From positions 1 to 64,000 of the forward strand of contig JBFWWG010000009.1 of assembly GCA_050246315.1 (NCBI GenBank): DNA of 64,000 bases. Reading direction: 5' to 3'. The translations under genes and the position numbers were made by a program. This document shows positions 1-9,226 of this stretch, in pieces. The notes below the pieces were generated by a model, which saw only the letters and a program-made list of their open reading frames with translations, did not search any database and was not told the origin of the DNA. Positions within the stretch are counted from its first letter, which is position 1, and each line of letters begins with the position of its first letter. This DNA comes from Nitrospiraceae bacterium (GTDB taxonomy: Bacteria > Nitrospirota > Nitrospiria > Nitrospirales > Nitrospiraceae).

Positions 1-1
1 C

Positions 2-130
2 GTGAGCCGCGACATGATCCGTCTCTTGTTGCGCGAGCTGAAGGCAGCCGGGCGAATCGAATGCCTTGGCCGTGGGCCAGGTGCCAAATGGCGAAAGAGG
101 GTAGTACCCTTAAAAGAGGGTAATAAATAG
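2..130 (+). CDS. 3' end of a gene truncated by the window edge; winged-HTH-like C-terminus resembling Fic-family proteins
   Basis: Frame 2 reads VSRDMIRLLLRELKAAGRIECLGRGPGAKWRKRVVPLKEGNK, stop TAG at 128-130. Confidence 0.55.
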   Translation: MSRDMIRLLLRELKAAGRIECLGRGPGAKWRKRVVPLKEGNK

Positions 131-141
131 GGTAGTAACTA

Positions 142-267
142 GCAGGATGTTGAAAAAGTCCTCCAGCTTTGTTCTCGCGTCGCTCAGAGGCTCAACGTAC
201 GAAGAAGAGTACGATTCGCCTCCTCGCTCGCTGCGGCCTCGCTGGAAGGCCTTTTTGAACATCCTGC
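142..267. mobile_element. MITE-like repeat family 1, copy 1
   Basis: Terminal inverted repeats GCAGGATGTTGAAAAAG ... CTTTTTGAACATCCTGC, preceded by CTAG; homologous reverse copy at 26809-26930; an extra right-end-like TTTTTCAACAGCCTG at 329-343. Confidence 0.8.
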
Positions 268-374
268 AAGATCTTCTTTCACTGTCCGAAACAATGGAGC
301 AATTGTTCCTGAACAGCCTTCAGAACAGTTTTTCAACAGCCTGATAGGTTGGGCACGAAGTAGGGAGCCAGGGC

Positions 375-2726
375 ATGGCGCGACCGCACGATTCAGAAAA
401 ATACGACCTTTCCGATGCCGAGAAGCGCGACCTCGTCAAGCTGATTGAGCAGGGGAAGCCGCTGCCGGAGAAGTATCGCTTCCTCCTCTTTGCCGACAAG
501 CGCGAAGTCGAGCTGGTGTGGAACGGCAAAAGCCGCGAAGTCTGTACCGCCGTGCTGCCGTTCCAGACCCTCGAACATATCGACGAGCCGCGAAAGGAAC
601 AGCGCGAGAACGGCGAGCTGGATCTCGACATGGGCGGGCGGCAGATCAAGGGCTGGACGAATAAGCTCATCTGGGGCGACAACAAGCTGATTCTCTCGTC
701 GCTCAAGGCCGGGGCGCTCCGCCGCCAGATCGAGGAGGCCGGCGGCTTGAGGCTCATCTATATCGACCCGCCCTTCGACGTGGGTGCGGACTTCAGCATG
801 GATATCGAGATCGGCGGGGAGACCTTCCACAAGGAGCCGAACCTCCTCGAACAGATCGCTTATCGAGACACCTGGGGACGCGGCGCAGATTCCTTCATTG
901 CCATGATCTACGAACGGCTGATCCTCATGCGCGACATGATGCACCCGGAGGGGAGCATCTATGTGCATGTGGAACCAGATGTCGGAAATCTCGTGCGCGT
1001 GATTCTCGACGAAGTTTTCGGGCGCGATTCATTGCGGACCGAGATTTCGTGGAAACGAACCTCGTCGCATGGCAACGTCAGCCGCAACTACGGCGAGATT
1101 TGGGAATCGATTTATTTCTACACAAAGACGAAAGACGGTTGGACGTGGAATCAACTGTTTGTGCCTTTCGATCAAAGCTACATTGATTCGCATTTCGCTC
1201 AAAAAGATCCGGATGGGCGCCGGTTTACGACGTCTGACATGCGTAATCCAGGGTTTCGGCCCAACCTTCGTTACGAATATAAAGGTTACAAGCCACATCC
1301 AAATGGCTGGGCAGTGTCGCTGGAAAAGATGCAAGAACTCGATCGACAAGGACGACTCTACTTCCCAGACGACAAGTCCAAGCGCATTCGCCTAAAACGC
1401 TACCTGGATGACACTCCAGGACAGATAGCACAGAATCTTTGGATCGACATCGCGCCAATCAACTCTCAAGCTCAAGAGGCGCTTGGCTACGCGACACAAA
1501 AACCAGAAGCGCTGATTGAAAGGATCATGAAAGCCTCCAGCAATGAAGGCGATTTGGTGGCGGACTTTTTCTGCGGCAGCGGCACGACCGCGGCAGTGGC
1601 GGAAAAGCTGGGGCGCAAATGGATCGCCACCGACCTGGGCAAGTTCGGGATTCACACGACGCGGAAGCGGCTGATTCAAGTCCAGCGCGAGTTGAAAGCA
1701 TCCGGCAAGTCCTTCCGTGCCTTCGAAGTCCTGAACCTCGGCCGCTACGAACGCCAGGCCTATCTCAATGTATCCGAGCGTCTGACGGGAAAGAAGAAAG
1801 AGGATGCGCTGGCGAAGAAGGAATCAGAGTTCCGCGAGCTGATCCTGAAGGCGTACCGGGCCGAACCCTTGCCGGACGCCGGCTTCTTCCACGGCAAGCT
1901 TGCCAGCCGGCTCGTCGTCGTCGGCCCGATCAACCTGCCGGTCGGGCGGCTGTTTATCGAAGAAGTCATCACGGAATGCCGCAAGCGCGGCGCCTCCCGC
2001 GTGGACGTGCTGGCCTTCGAGTTCGAGATGGGGCTCTTTCCCGCCGTGCTCGATGAAGCGAAGCAGAAGGGCCTCGACTTGGCGCCCAAGACGATCCCGC
2101 CGGAAGTGTTCGACAAACGCGCCGTGGAGAAGGGGCAAGTGCGGTTCCACGACGTGGCCTATATCGAAGTCACGCCGCGGTTCGACAAGAAGGACAAGCT
2201 CACGCTGGCGGTCGAGCTGACGGACTTCTCCGTCTATTACTCCCAAGGACTTGTAGAGTCCATCGCCGCCGAATTGAAGGAAGGCAAGAGCGAAGTGGTC
2301 TGCGACCAGGGCCACCTGTACAAGATCAGCAAGGACAAGCAGGGCGTTGTCCAAAAGGAGAAGCTTACGAAGAAATGGACCGACTGGGTGGACTACTGGG
2401 CGGTCGATTTCAATTACGAAAGCCGGAAGGAAATCATCAAAGTTCCTCGCGGCACCGGCTTAGGCGGCGTGCAGGGTTTTCTGCCAGGACAGGAACCGCC
2501 GCAACGCGAACTGGAATTATCCGCCGACGACTTTGAAGAACGCTGGACCGGGGCCTACATCTTCGAGAACGAATGGCAGAGCTTCCGCACCCGCCAGAAC
2601 CGCGACCTCGAACTGAAATCCGCCACGCACCGCTACGACAAGCCGGGCCGCTACACCATCGCCGTCAAAGTCATCGACATCTTCGGCAACGACACCATGA
2701 CCCTCGTGCGGGTGACGGTCGGTTGA
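375..2726 (+). CDS. Site-specific DNA amino-methyltransferase, type III Mod-like (beta class)
   Basis: 783 aa; catalytic motif IV IYIDPPF before the TRD, motif I DFFCGSGTT after it; YATQKPEAL; C-terminal AVKVIDIFGNDT. Confidence 0.9.
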   Translation: MARPHDSEKYDLSDAEKRDLVKLIEQGKPLPEKYRFLLFADKREVELVWNGKSREVCTAVLPFQTLEHIDEPRKEQRENGELDLDMGGRQIKGWTNKLIWGDNKLILSSLKAGALRRQIEEAGGLRLIYIDPPFDVGADFSMDIEIGGETFHKEPNLLEQIAYRDTWGRGADSFIAMIYERLILMRDMMHPEGSIYVHVEPDVGNLVRVILDEVFGRDSLRTEISWKRTSSHGNVSRNYGEIWESIYFYTKTKDGWTWNQLFVPFDQSYIDSHFAQKDPDGRRFTTSDMRNPGFRPNLRYEYKGYKPHPNGWAVSLEKMQELDRQGRLYFPDDKSKRIRLKRYLDDTPGQIAQNLWIDIAPINSQAQEALGYATQKPEALIERIMKASSNEGDLVADFFCGSGTTAAVAEKLGRKWIATDLGKFGIHTTRKRLIQVQRELKASGKSFRAFEVLNLGRYERQAYLNVSERLTGKKKEDALAKKESEFRELILKAYRAEPLPDAGFFHGKLASRLVVVGPINLPVGRLFIEEVITECRKRGASRVDVLAFEFEMGLFPAVLDEAKQKGLDLAPKTIPPEVFDKRAVEKGQVRFHDVAYIEVTPRFDKKDKLTLAVELTDFSVYYSQGLVESIAAELKEGKSEVVCDQGHLYKISKDKQGVVQKEKLTKKWTDWVDYWAVDFNYESRKEIIKVPRGTGLGGVQGFLPGQEPPQRELELSADDFEERWTGAYIFENEWQSFRTRQNRDLELKSATHRYDKPGRYTIAVKVIDIFGNDTMTLVRVTVG

Positions 2727-2781
2727 CGCCAAGTAGCCCTTGTCATGAAGTCTGGAAACGACGAATACGCAGGGAAGTTCT

Positions 2782-3030
2782 GTGGCGACGGGAATCATAA
2801 CCAGCAAAGGACAAACAACCATCCCCAAGGAGGTCCGGGATCATCTTCATGTGAGCCCCGGAGACAAGCTCGATTTTTTGATCGATGCGGAAGGCCGGGT
2901 GGTGGTGCATCCGGCGACGCTGGATGTCCGCCAGTTAAAGGGAATGCTCAAACGGAAGCGGGCCAAACCGGTCTCGCTTGAGGAGATGGATCGGGCGATC
3001 GCGGAGGGGGCTGCGAGGAAGCGCGCATGA
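2782..3030 (+). CDS. AbrB/MazE/SpoVT-family antitoxin
   Basis: ITSKGQTTIPKEVRDHL signature; stop overlaps the ATG of the downstream PIN gene (ATGA 3027-3030). Confidence 0.9.
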   Translation: MATGIITSKGQTTIPKEVRDHLHVSPGDKLDFLIDAEGRVVVHPATLDVRQLKGMLKRKRAKPVSLEEMDRAIAEGAARKRA

Positions 3031-3421
3031 TCGGCATCGATACGAACCTGCTAGTCCGGTACCTGACGCAGGATGATCCGGTCCAATCCAAAAAGCCAGC
3101 TCGGTGATTGAGAAAGCGCTGGCAGGAGAGGCCGGCGTCTTCATCAATCACATCGTCTTGTGCGAGGTCGTGTGGGTGCTCGACCGTGCGTATGGATTTC
3201 CGCGTGCGACATTGGGGGATGTGGTGGAGAAGATTCTCCAAGGTAAGCAGTTCGAAATCGAAGATAAGCCGACGGCCTGGCAGACGCTGAACGATTTCAA
3301 ATCCAGCAGGGCCGACTATGCCGATTGTCTGATCGGAGCCAAGAACCGGAAGGCCGGCTGCACGACCACATTGACGCTGGATCGCGCCACCTCGGCGTTA
3401 TCGACCTTCTCGCCGTTATAG
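3027..3421 (+). pseudogene. vapC: VapC/PIN toxin split by a frameshift at an A5 run (3090-3094)
   Basis: ATG 3027 reads MIGIDTNLLVRYLTQDDPVQSKKPAR*; the rest of the PIN domain (VLCEVVWVL...DYADCLI...TLTLDR) is in the -1 frame, ORF 3104-3421. Confidence 0.85.
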
Positions 3422-3720
3422 CATCCTTCGATTGTCCAATCGTAGACTGCCACGCATTCGTGCCGACAGTCCCGTCCGCATTGTTGCCGTCGACCTTGGC
3501 TGCCGGCGTCGATACGCCGCTGCCGCGCACCTGCCACAATCGCCTCCGTACGGTTGTCTTCCCGTGTCTCTTGCCGGATCAACCGAAAAGCGAGTCTCGC
3601 CGGCAGGGCCTACGTTCGTGAAGGCCGGGCTGAGTCGGCATCACGGTTGACAGTGCGGGGGCCGCCGTCTAAGCTTTCGCCGCACCAGCTCGAGCTGGTC
3701 CTTCTACGAAAGGCGTCGCC

Positions 3721-4539
3721 ATGCGCGAAGTCATCGACCAGGTCACCGCATCGATTCTCGATGCACGGAAGGGGCTGGAACAGGCCCTGACCGACCTGGA
3801 AAAACTTCCGGCCATCGATCCTCACTCACTCGGCTTTGCCGCGCACGCTCTGCAGAACTATCTCACGATCATCAACGGCACCACCGAACTGCTGTCCCTG
3901 AAGGTCGTCAACCACCCCGAACCGGAGGTTCAGACCTGGGTGGCCTACATGCGGCAGGCCACCGAAATGATGACGCGCATCGTCGCCGACCTCATGAATT
4001 CAGCCACCGTGTCTCGTCCGCCGACGATGAAATTCGCGAAAGTGAACCTGACGAAGCTCCTCCAGCGATTTAGCGACGGGTATCACGTGAAAGCGATCAA
4101 CAAGCAGATCCAGATCAAGTATGACCCGGGACCGGACAAGCTCTTCGTCTGGGCTGATGGCGTGGCCTTGGCGGCGGTCCTCGACAACCTATTCTCCAAC
4201 GCGCTCAAATACTCGTCACCGGGCGGCAAGGTCGAGGTCATGCTCTGGAAAGATTCCGGCACGGTCATCTGTGCCGTGCAGGACCAGGGTCAAGGGTTGA
4301 GTCGGGAGGACCAGGCGAAGTTGTTCCAGCGGGGCGTCAAGCTCAGCGCCGTTCCTACCGGAGGGGAACCCTCCTCCGGCTATGGCCTGGCCGTGGCCAA
4401 AGAGCTGACGACGCTCATGCAGGGAGACATCTGGTGCGAGAGTCAGCTCGGCAAGGGAGCCAGATTTCTCCTGCGCCTGCCTGCCTATGACGACATGAAC
4501 GAGACGAGTGCCGGCCCACAGAAGGCACCCGCTCGATAA
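3721..4539 (+). CDS. Cytoplasmic histidine kinase without an obvious sensor domain
   Basis: H-box-like AAHALQNYLTII, N box DNLFSNALKYS, G1 VQDQGQG, G2 SSGYGLAV. Confidence 0.85.
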   Translation: MREVIDQVTASILDARKGLEQALTDLEKLPAIDPHSLGFAAHALQNYLTIINGTTELLSLKVVNHPEPEVQTWVAYMRQATEMMTRIVADLMNSATVSRPPTMKFAKVNLTKLLQRFSDGYHVKAINKQIQIKYDPGPDKLFVWADGVALAAVLDNLFSNALKYSSPGGKVEVMLWKDSGTVICAVQDQGQGLSREDQAKLFQRGVKLSAVPTGGEPSSGYGLAVAKELTTLMQGDIWCESQLGKGARFLLRLPAYDDMNETSAGPQKAPAR

Positions 4540-4655
4540 CTCCCCGCATCCTCGCTGGCCGGTCACATCTGGTCCTTCACTTCTCTCGGACAGAGCTCCT
4601 CGTCACTGCAGCAATCGATCGCCCTGCTGTTCAGAGGTGGTCCTGAATTACGAGA

Positions 4656-5042
4656 CTACCGGTGTGATCGCACTCCGAACACAATAGGCTCCGGGATGAT
4701 TCGGAAATGACGCGTGTTCCTTGAGGGCAGAGGCAGTTGTTTGACAAGGGCAGTGGCGGCGATAAGGGCATCGCCTTTGGACAGGATGGGAAAGCGTCGG
4801 CGGAGGTCGGACTATTGAACCGTAATGGACTCGGAGAGAGGGATAAGCCGGCATCCGCTCAGTTCGGCCAGAATGGCGTCTCGTGCGGCATCACGGAGTC
4901 CGGGCTTGGTGAGCAATTCCTTCTTGGTGATGACGGAGTAATAGACGATGAAGCGATCGACATCGAAGAGGGAGTGGAAGCGGCCGGTATTGAAATAATC
5001 GATGAAGGTATCAGTATCTACGAGGACCGAGACTTTTGCCAT
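4656..5042 (-). pseudogene. vapC: VapC/PIN toxin with an internal in-frame TAG (4812-4814)
   Basis: [17 protein letters not shown]...ITVQ*SDLRRRFPILSKGDALIAATALVKQLPLPSRNTRHFRIIP...; PIN motifs continue in the same frame after the stop. Confidence 0.85.
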
Positions 5043-5287
5043 GCCTCAATCTCGTCCAGGAATGCGTCATCCGATTGTCTGCGGCTCTGTCTGCGGAGGG
5101 CGGCCACGTAGGCAGCGCTGTCCGCGACATCCGTGTGTCCAAAGGGGTTGAATTTTTCCCGCACGAGATGCTCCAGTACCGTCACAGGGTAGACCCCCTT
5201 ACGCTTAGCCGCCTTGACGACCAGGCTTTTCAGCGCCGGATCGAACGACAGAGTCCAGCTCACTTTTTTCGCCCGCATCCTGCCCAT
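5018..5287 (-). CDS. Putative antitoxin (RHH-like N-terminus)
   Basis: Small basic [26 protein letters not shown]..., overlaps the PIN gene start; AGGAG-like SD upstream. Confidence 0.65.
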   Translation of the reverse strand: MGRMRAKKVSWTLSFDPALKSLVVKAAKRKGVYPVTVLEHLVREKFNPFGHTDVADSAAYVAALRRQSRRQSDDAFLDEIEAWQKSRSS

Positions 5288-5334
5288 GTGGACCTTTCTC
5301 TCCTGCGTATGAATGTTGTTATAATCCACCGGCG

Positions 5335-7890
5335 ATGTCCAGCTCCATCATCATCAAGGGTGCGCGGGAGCACAATCTCAAGAATCTCGATGTCGAGATT
5401 CCGCGGGACAAACTCGTCGTCATCACGGGCTTGAGCGGCTCGGGGAAATCCTCGCTGGCCTTCGACACGATCTATGCGGAGGGGCAGCGGCGGTATGTCG
5501 AGTCGCTGTCGGCCTACGCCCGGCAATTCCTCGAACAGATGGGCAAGCCGGACGTCGATTCGATCGAAGGGCTCTCGCCGGCCATCTCCATCGAGCAGAA
5601 GAGCACCAGCCACAATCCCCGCAGCACGGTCGGGACGGTCACGGAGATTTACGACTATCTCCGGTTGCTGTTCGCCAGAGTCGGCCACCCCTATTGCTAC
5701 CAGTGCGGCCAGGAAATCGCCGCGCAAACGGTCCAGCAGATGGTGGATGCGATCCAATCGCTCCCGGAAGGGGCGAAGGTCCAGATTTTGGCTCCCATCG
5801 TCAGAGGTCGAAAGGGCGAATATCGAAAAGAGCTGCTCGACATGCGGCGGGCCGGATACGTCCGCGCGAGGATCGACGGCAAGATCGTGGATCTCGGCGA
5901 CGAGATCACGCTCGACAAGCAGAAAAAACACACGATCGAGGTCGTCGTTGATCGCCTCGTCATCAAGCACGATCAGGCGATGGCGAGGCGGATGGCCGAT
6001 TCGGTCGAAACGGCTCTGAAACTCGCGCGTGGTCTGATCGGCGTGCTCGACCAACAGGACCAGGTCACCCTCTATAGCGACACCTTGGCCTGCATCCGGT
6101 GTGGCGTCAGTTATCCGGAAATCACGCCGCGCGTCTTTTCCTTCAACAGCCCGCACGGGGCCTGTCCTGCCTGCGATGGGATCGGCTATGCCGCGGTTCC
6201 CGATTGTCCTGAGGAGCAGGACTTCACGATGCTCGAACTCTGCCAGACCTGCCAGGGGGCCAGGCTCAGGCCGGAAAGTCTGGCTATTAAAGTAGGCAAG
6301 CGGTCCATTGCGGAGGTCACGCGCTTGTCTGTCCGAGCCGCGGCGGAGTTCTTCTCTCAGCTCACCCTAACCGAGCGCGAGCAGTTCATTGCGCAACGCA
6401 TTCTCAAGGAAGTCCGCGAGCGGCTGGGCTTCCTCGTAAACGTCGGGCTTGATTACCTCACGCTGGACCGAGCTGCCGCAACCCTATCTGGTGGAGAAGG
6501 CCAGCGCATCCGGCTCGCCACTCAGATCGGCTCCGGTCTGGTGGGCGTCCTCTACATTCTGGATGAACCCTCGATCGGCCTCCACCAGCGTGACAATCGG
6601 CGTCTGCTCCAAACATTGCTTCGGCTGCGGGACCTGGGCAACACGGTGGTTGTCGTGGAGCACGATGCAGAGACGATGCTGGCGGCCGACCACATCCTGG
6701 ATCTGGGGCCGGGCGCCGGGGCTCACGGCGGCGAATTGATCGCCCAAGGGACGCCGGCCGAGATCATGGAACATCCGGCGTCGCTGACCGGCCGCTATCT
6801 GAAGGGCGCGCTCAGCGTGGCGCTGCCTCACCGCGAGCGACGCCCCAAACGCACCCTGTCGATCGTGGGCGCCAAGAAACACAATCTCAAGGGCATTACG
6901 GCGAACATTCCCTTGGGACTCCTCACGTGCGTCACGGGCGTGTCCGGGTCCGGCAAAAGTACCCTGGTGCTCGAAGTACTGTTTCATTCGCTATCGCAAC
7001 TACTCAGACAGCACCCCTCACCTCAGTCCCCTCCCCTCAAGGGGAGAGGGAAGGGTGAGGGGACTCCGAAGATCGACGGCTGCAAAGAGATTCAGGGAGT
7101 GGACGCGCTGGATAAGGTCATCGACATCGATCAATCGCCGATCGGCCGGACGCCCCGGTCGAACCCGGCTACCTATACGGGACTCTTCACCTTCATCCGC
7201 GATCTGTTCGCGCAATTGCCGGAATCGCGTGTCCGCGGCTACAAGCCGGGCCGCTACAGTTTCAACGTGAAGGGCGGACGCTGCGAAGCCTGCGAAGGAG
7301 ACGGCCTTATCAAGATCGAGATGCATTTCCTCCCCGACATCTACGTGACCTGCGAGGTGTGCAAAGGACAACGGTACAACCGCGAAACGCTGGATGTGCT
7401 GTTTAAAGGACGCAGCATTGCGGACGTCCTCAACATGACCGTGGACGAAGCCCTTGCCTTCTTCGACGCCGTGCCCTTCATCAAGGCGAAGCTCCAGACT
7501 CTGCACGATGTCGGGCTGCACTATATTAAGCTGGGGCAGTCGGCCACCACGCTCTCCGGCGGCGAAGCGCAGCGGGTGAAACTCTCGCGGGAGCTGTCGA
7601 AGCGGGCCACCGGCAGGACGCTCTATATCCTCGACGAACCGACGACGGGTCTCCACTTCGCCGATACGCAACGGCTCTTGGACGTGTTGAATCGCCTGGT
7701 GGAGGCCGGCAACACGGTTCTCGTGATCGAGCACAACCTCGACATCATCCGCAACGCCGACTGGATCATCGACCTGGGCCCTGAAGGCGGCGACCGAGGC
7801 GGGGAGATCGTGGCGGAGGGCAAGCCGCGCGACATCGCCAAATCCAAGCGGTCGTATACCGGACAAGTACTGAAGGAAGCCGGTTTGTAA
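5335..7890 (+). CDS. uvrA: Excinuclease ABC subunit A
   Basis: GAREHNLKN, two Walker A motifs ([16 protein letters not shown]), two LSGGE signatures, Zn-finger CxxC pairs. Confidence 0.98.
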   Translation: MSSSIIIKGAREHNLKNLDVEIPRDKLVVITGLSGSGKSSLAFDTIYAEGQRRYVESLSAYARQFLEQMGKPDVDSIEGLSPAISIEQKSTSHNPRSTVGTVTEIYDYLRLLFARVGHPYCYQCGQEIAAQTVQQMVDAIQSLPEGAKVQILAPIVRGRKGEYRKELLDMRRAGYVRARIDGKIVDLGDEITLDKQKKHTIEVVVDRLVIKHDQAMARRMADSVETALKLARGLIGVLDQQDQVTLYSDTLACIRCGVSYPEITPRVFSFNSPHGACPACDGIGYAAVPDCPEEQDFTMLELCQTCQGARLRPESLAIKVGKRSIAEVTRLSVRAAAEFFSQLTLTEREQFIAQRILKEVRERLGFLVNVGLDYLTLDRAAATLSGGEGQRIRLATQIGSGLVGVLYILDEPSIGLHQRDNRRLLQTLLRLRDLGNTVVVVEHDAETMLAADHILDLGPGAGAHGGELIAQGTPAEIMEHPASLTGRYLKGALSVALPHRERRPKRTLSIVGAKKHNLKGITANIPLGLLTCVTGVSGSGKSTLVLEVLFHSLSQLLRQHPSPQSPPLKGRGKGEGTPKIDGCKEIQGVDALDKVIDIDQSPIGRTPRSNPATYTGLFTFIRDLFAQLPESRVRGYKPGRYSFNVKGGRCEACEGDGLIKIEMHFLPDIYVTCEVCKGQRYNRETLDVLFKGRSIADVLNMTVDEALAFFDAVPFIKAKLQTLHDVGLHYIKLGQSATTLSGGEAQRVKLSRELSKRATGRTLYILDEPTTGLHFADTQRLLDVLNRLVEAGNTVLVIEHNLDIIRNADWIIDLGPEGGDRGGEIVAEGKPRDIAKSKRSYTGQVLKEAGL
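7014..7062. repeat. REP-like palindrome embedded in-frame in uvrA
   Basis: CCCCTCACC-tcagt-CCCCTCCCCT-caa-GGGGAGAGGG-aag-GGTGAGGGG; translates as part of [17 protein letters not shown]. Confidence 0.75.
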
Positions 7891-8159
7891 CCGTCATTCG
7901 GCCAACGTCAATTGTGGAATGAAGGGGCTGGCTCCGCCGTTAGGCGGTCCCAGTTCCCGTATTGTTGCCCGAGCAGTAGGAGAGGGGGATCGGATTCCCG
8001 CACGCTCCGGTGCCTCGGATCGACCGAACGACGCTTCTCCTCTGCTCGGCTGCGCAACTTGTTCCATTCGCTTTTAAAATACGATGTCTCGCCCTTGCAC
8101 ACATGATTCATGACCGCTTCAATGAGTGCTGAGCAGGGCGGCTGCTGTTCCAGATTGGT

Positions 8160-9140
8160 TCAGGTCCGCTTTTTGAAGCGGTCGTAGACCTGCAGGAGGT
8201 CGATCATCAGCGTGGCCCCGAAGGTCGGTCCGTAGTCTCCTCCGCCGATGTCATTCCAGGTTTCCCACTTGAGATACGGAATTCGGATGGCGACAGCGAT
8301 GAAGCGACCCTCGATCCCATTGCCCGAGGGGTCCGTAAAGAGGCCCGAATCGATCGCCAGGCCGATTTCCAGTTCCCATCTCGGCGGCTCCGTTTCCTCG
8401 TTGCGATAGTCGGCGATGCTGACAGAGGCTTGTCCGAGGTAACTGTGGCGGGCCAGGGCATCATAGGCTCCGCTTCGGAATATCCGGCCGTACCGACCCA
8501 TCAGGGAGAAGCGGACGAAATGAGAGAAATCCTCCAGGCCTTTCGAGTGAGCTCCCAGACTCGTTGCGACGTCCGAGAGAGCGAGGCGTCGAAGACCGAC
8601 ATGGGCATAGGGTTCGTAATAAATGGTCCCCATCGCTGCTCCGATGCCGGCGAAGCCCCGATCGGCCGAGCCGAAGAGATTGAACCACTTGGTCACGGCA
8701 CCGTGGATCATGAAGTCGGTTTCTTCCCGTGAGGCACCGACCGGGACAGGCTCGAGGCCCAGCACCTTGTGAATGAGATCGTTCTGGAGGAATCGGGTAA
8801 ACTTGTCGTCCGTCGGCCCTGCTCCGATGGTCAGGTTGGTCGTCCATCCGGGCAAGCGCGCCCAGCGTTCTGTCCACGTGAGGGTCGCGAAGTTGAAGCC
8901 GGCCGTTTCCTCTATCCCGTTGTAGCGGTCTCCATAGCGATTGAACTCCGTGAAGCGGTTCACTGTGAGCCCGAGATCCAGCGTTCGGTCGCGATCCGGA
9001 AACGACAGGGCACCCCAGTGCACGCTGGGAGCGGGGGTTTCGGCGAAGACGGCCGACGAGAGAACGAGCCACGTCACCAGGATGGTGAGGAATCGGACGC
9101 CGACAAAACGAGCTTCCCTCAGAACCTGTCGAGTAATCAT
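8160..9140 (-). CDS. Exported hypothetical protein, probably an outer-membrane beta-barrel (weak LpxR/DUF2219-like resemblance)
   Basis: Signal-peptide-like FLTILVTWLVLSSAVFA; amphipathic beta-strand pattern; start taken at ATG 9140 (MITRQ). Confidence 0.6.
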   Translation of the reverse strand: MITRQVLREARFVGVRFLTILVTWLVLSSAVFAETPAPSVHWGALSFPDRDRTLDLGLTVNRFTEFNRYGDRYNGIEETAGFNFATLTWTERWARLPGWTTNLTIGAGPTDDKFTRFLQNDLIHKVLGLEPVPVGASREETDFMIHGAVTKWFNLFGSADRGFAGIGAAMGTIYYEPYAHVGLRRLALSDVATSLGAHSKGLEDFSHFVRFSLMGRYGRIFRSGAYDALARHSYLGQASVSIADYRNEETEPPRWELEIGLAIDSGLFTDPSGNGIEGRFIAVAIRIPYLKWETWNDIGGGDYGPTFGATLMIDLLQVYDRFKKRT

Positions 9141-9226
9141 GCTATAGTGGAAAGTCGATAAGGGCTGACTGAGTCTCGTGGGAGTGATAGCATGCCCACG
9201 CTCAACGCCGCTACCGTGATTCAGCG

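Noticed and set aside
147..344. Small ORF pair MLKKSSSFVLASLRGSTY / MLKKPASFVLASLRAST (26706-26927)
   Set aside because: Both are translations of the family 1 MITE, so the similarity is explained at the DNA level.
7908..8111. 67-aa minus-strand ORF after uvrA
   Set aside because: No clear SD or motif; cannot be supported as a gene from sequence alone.
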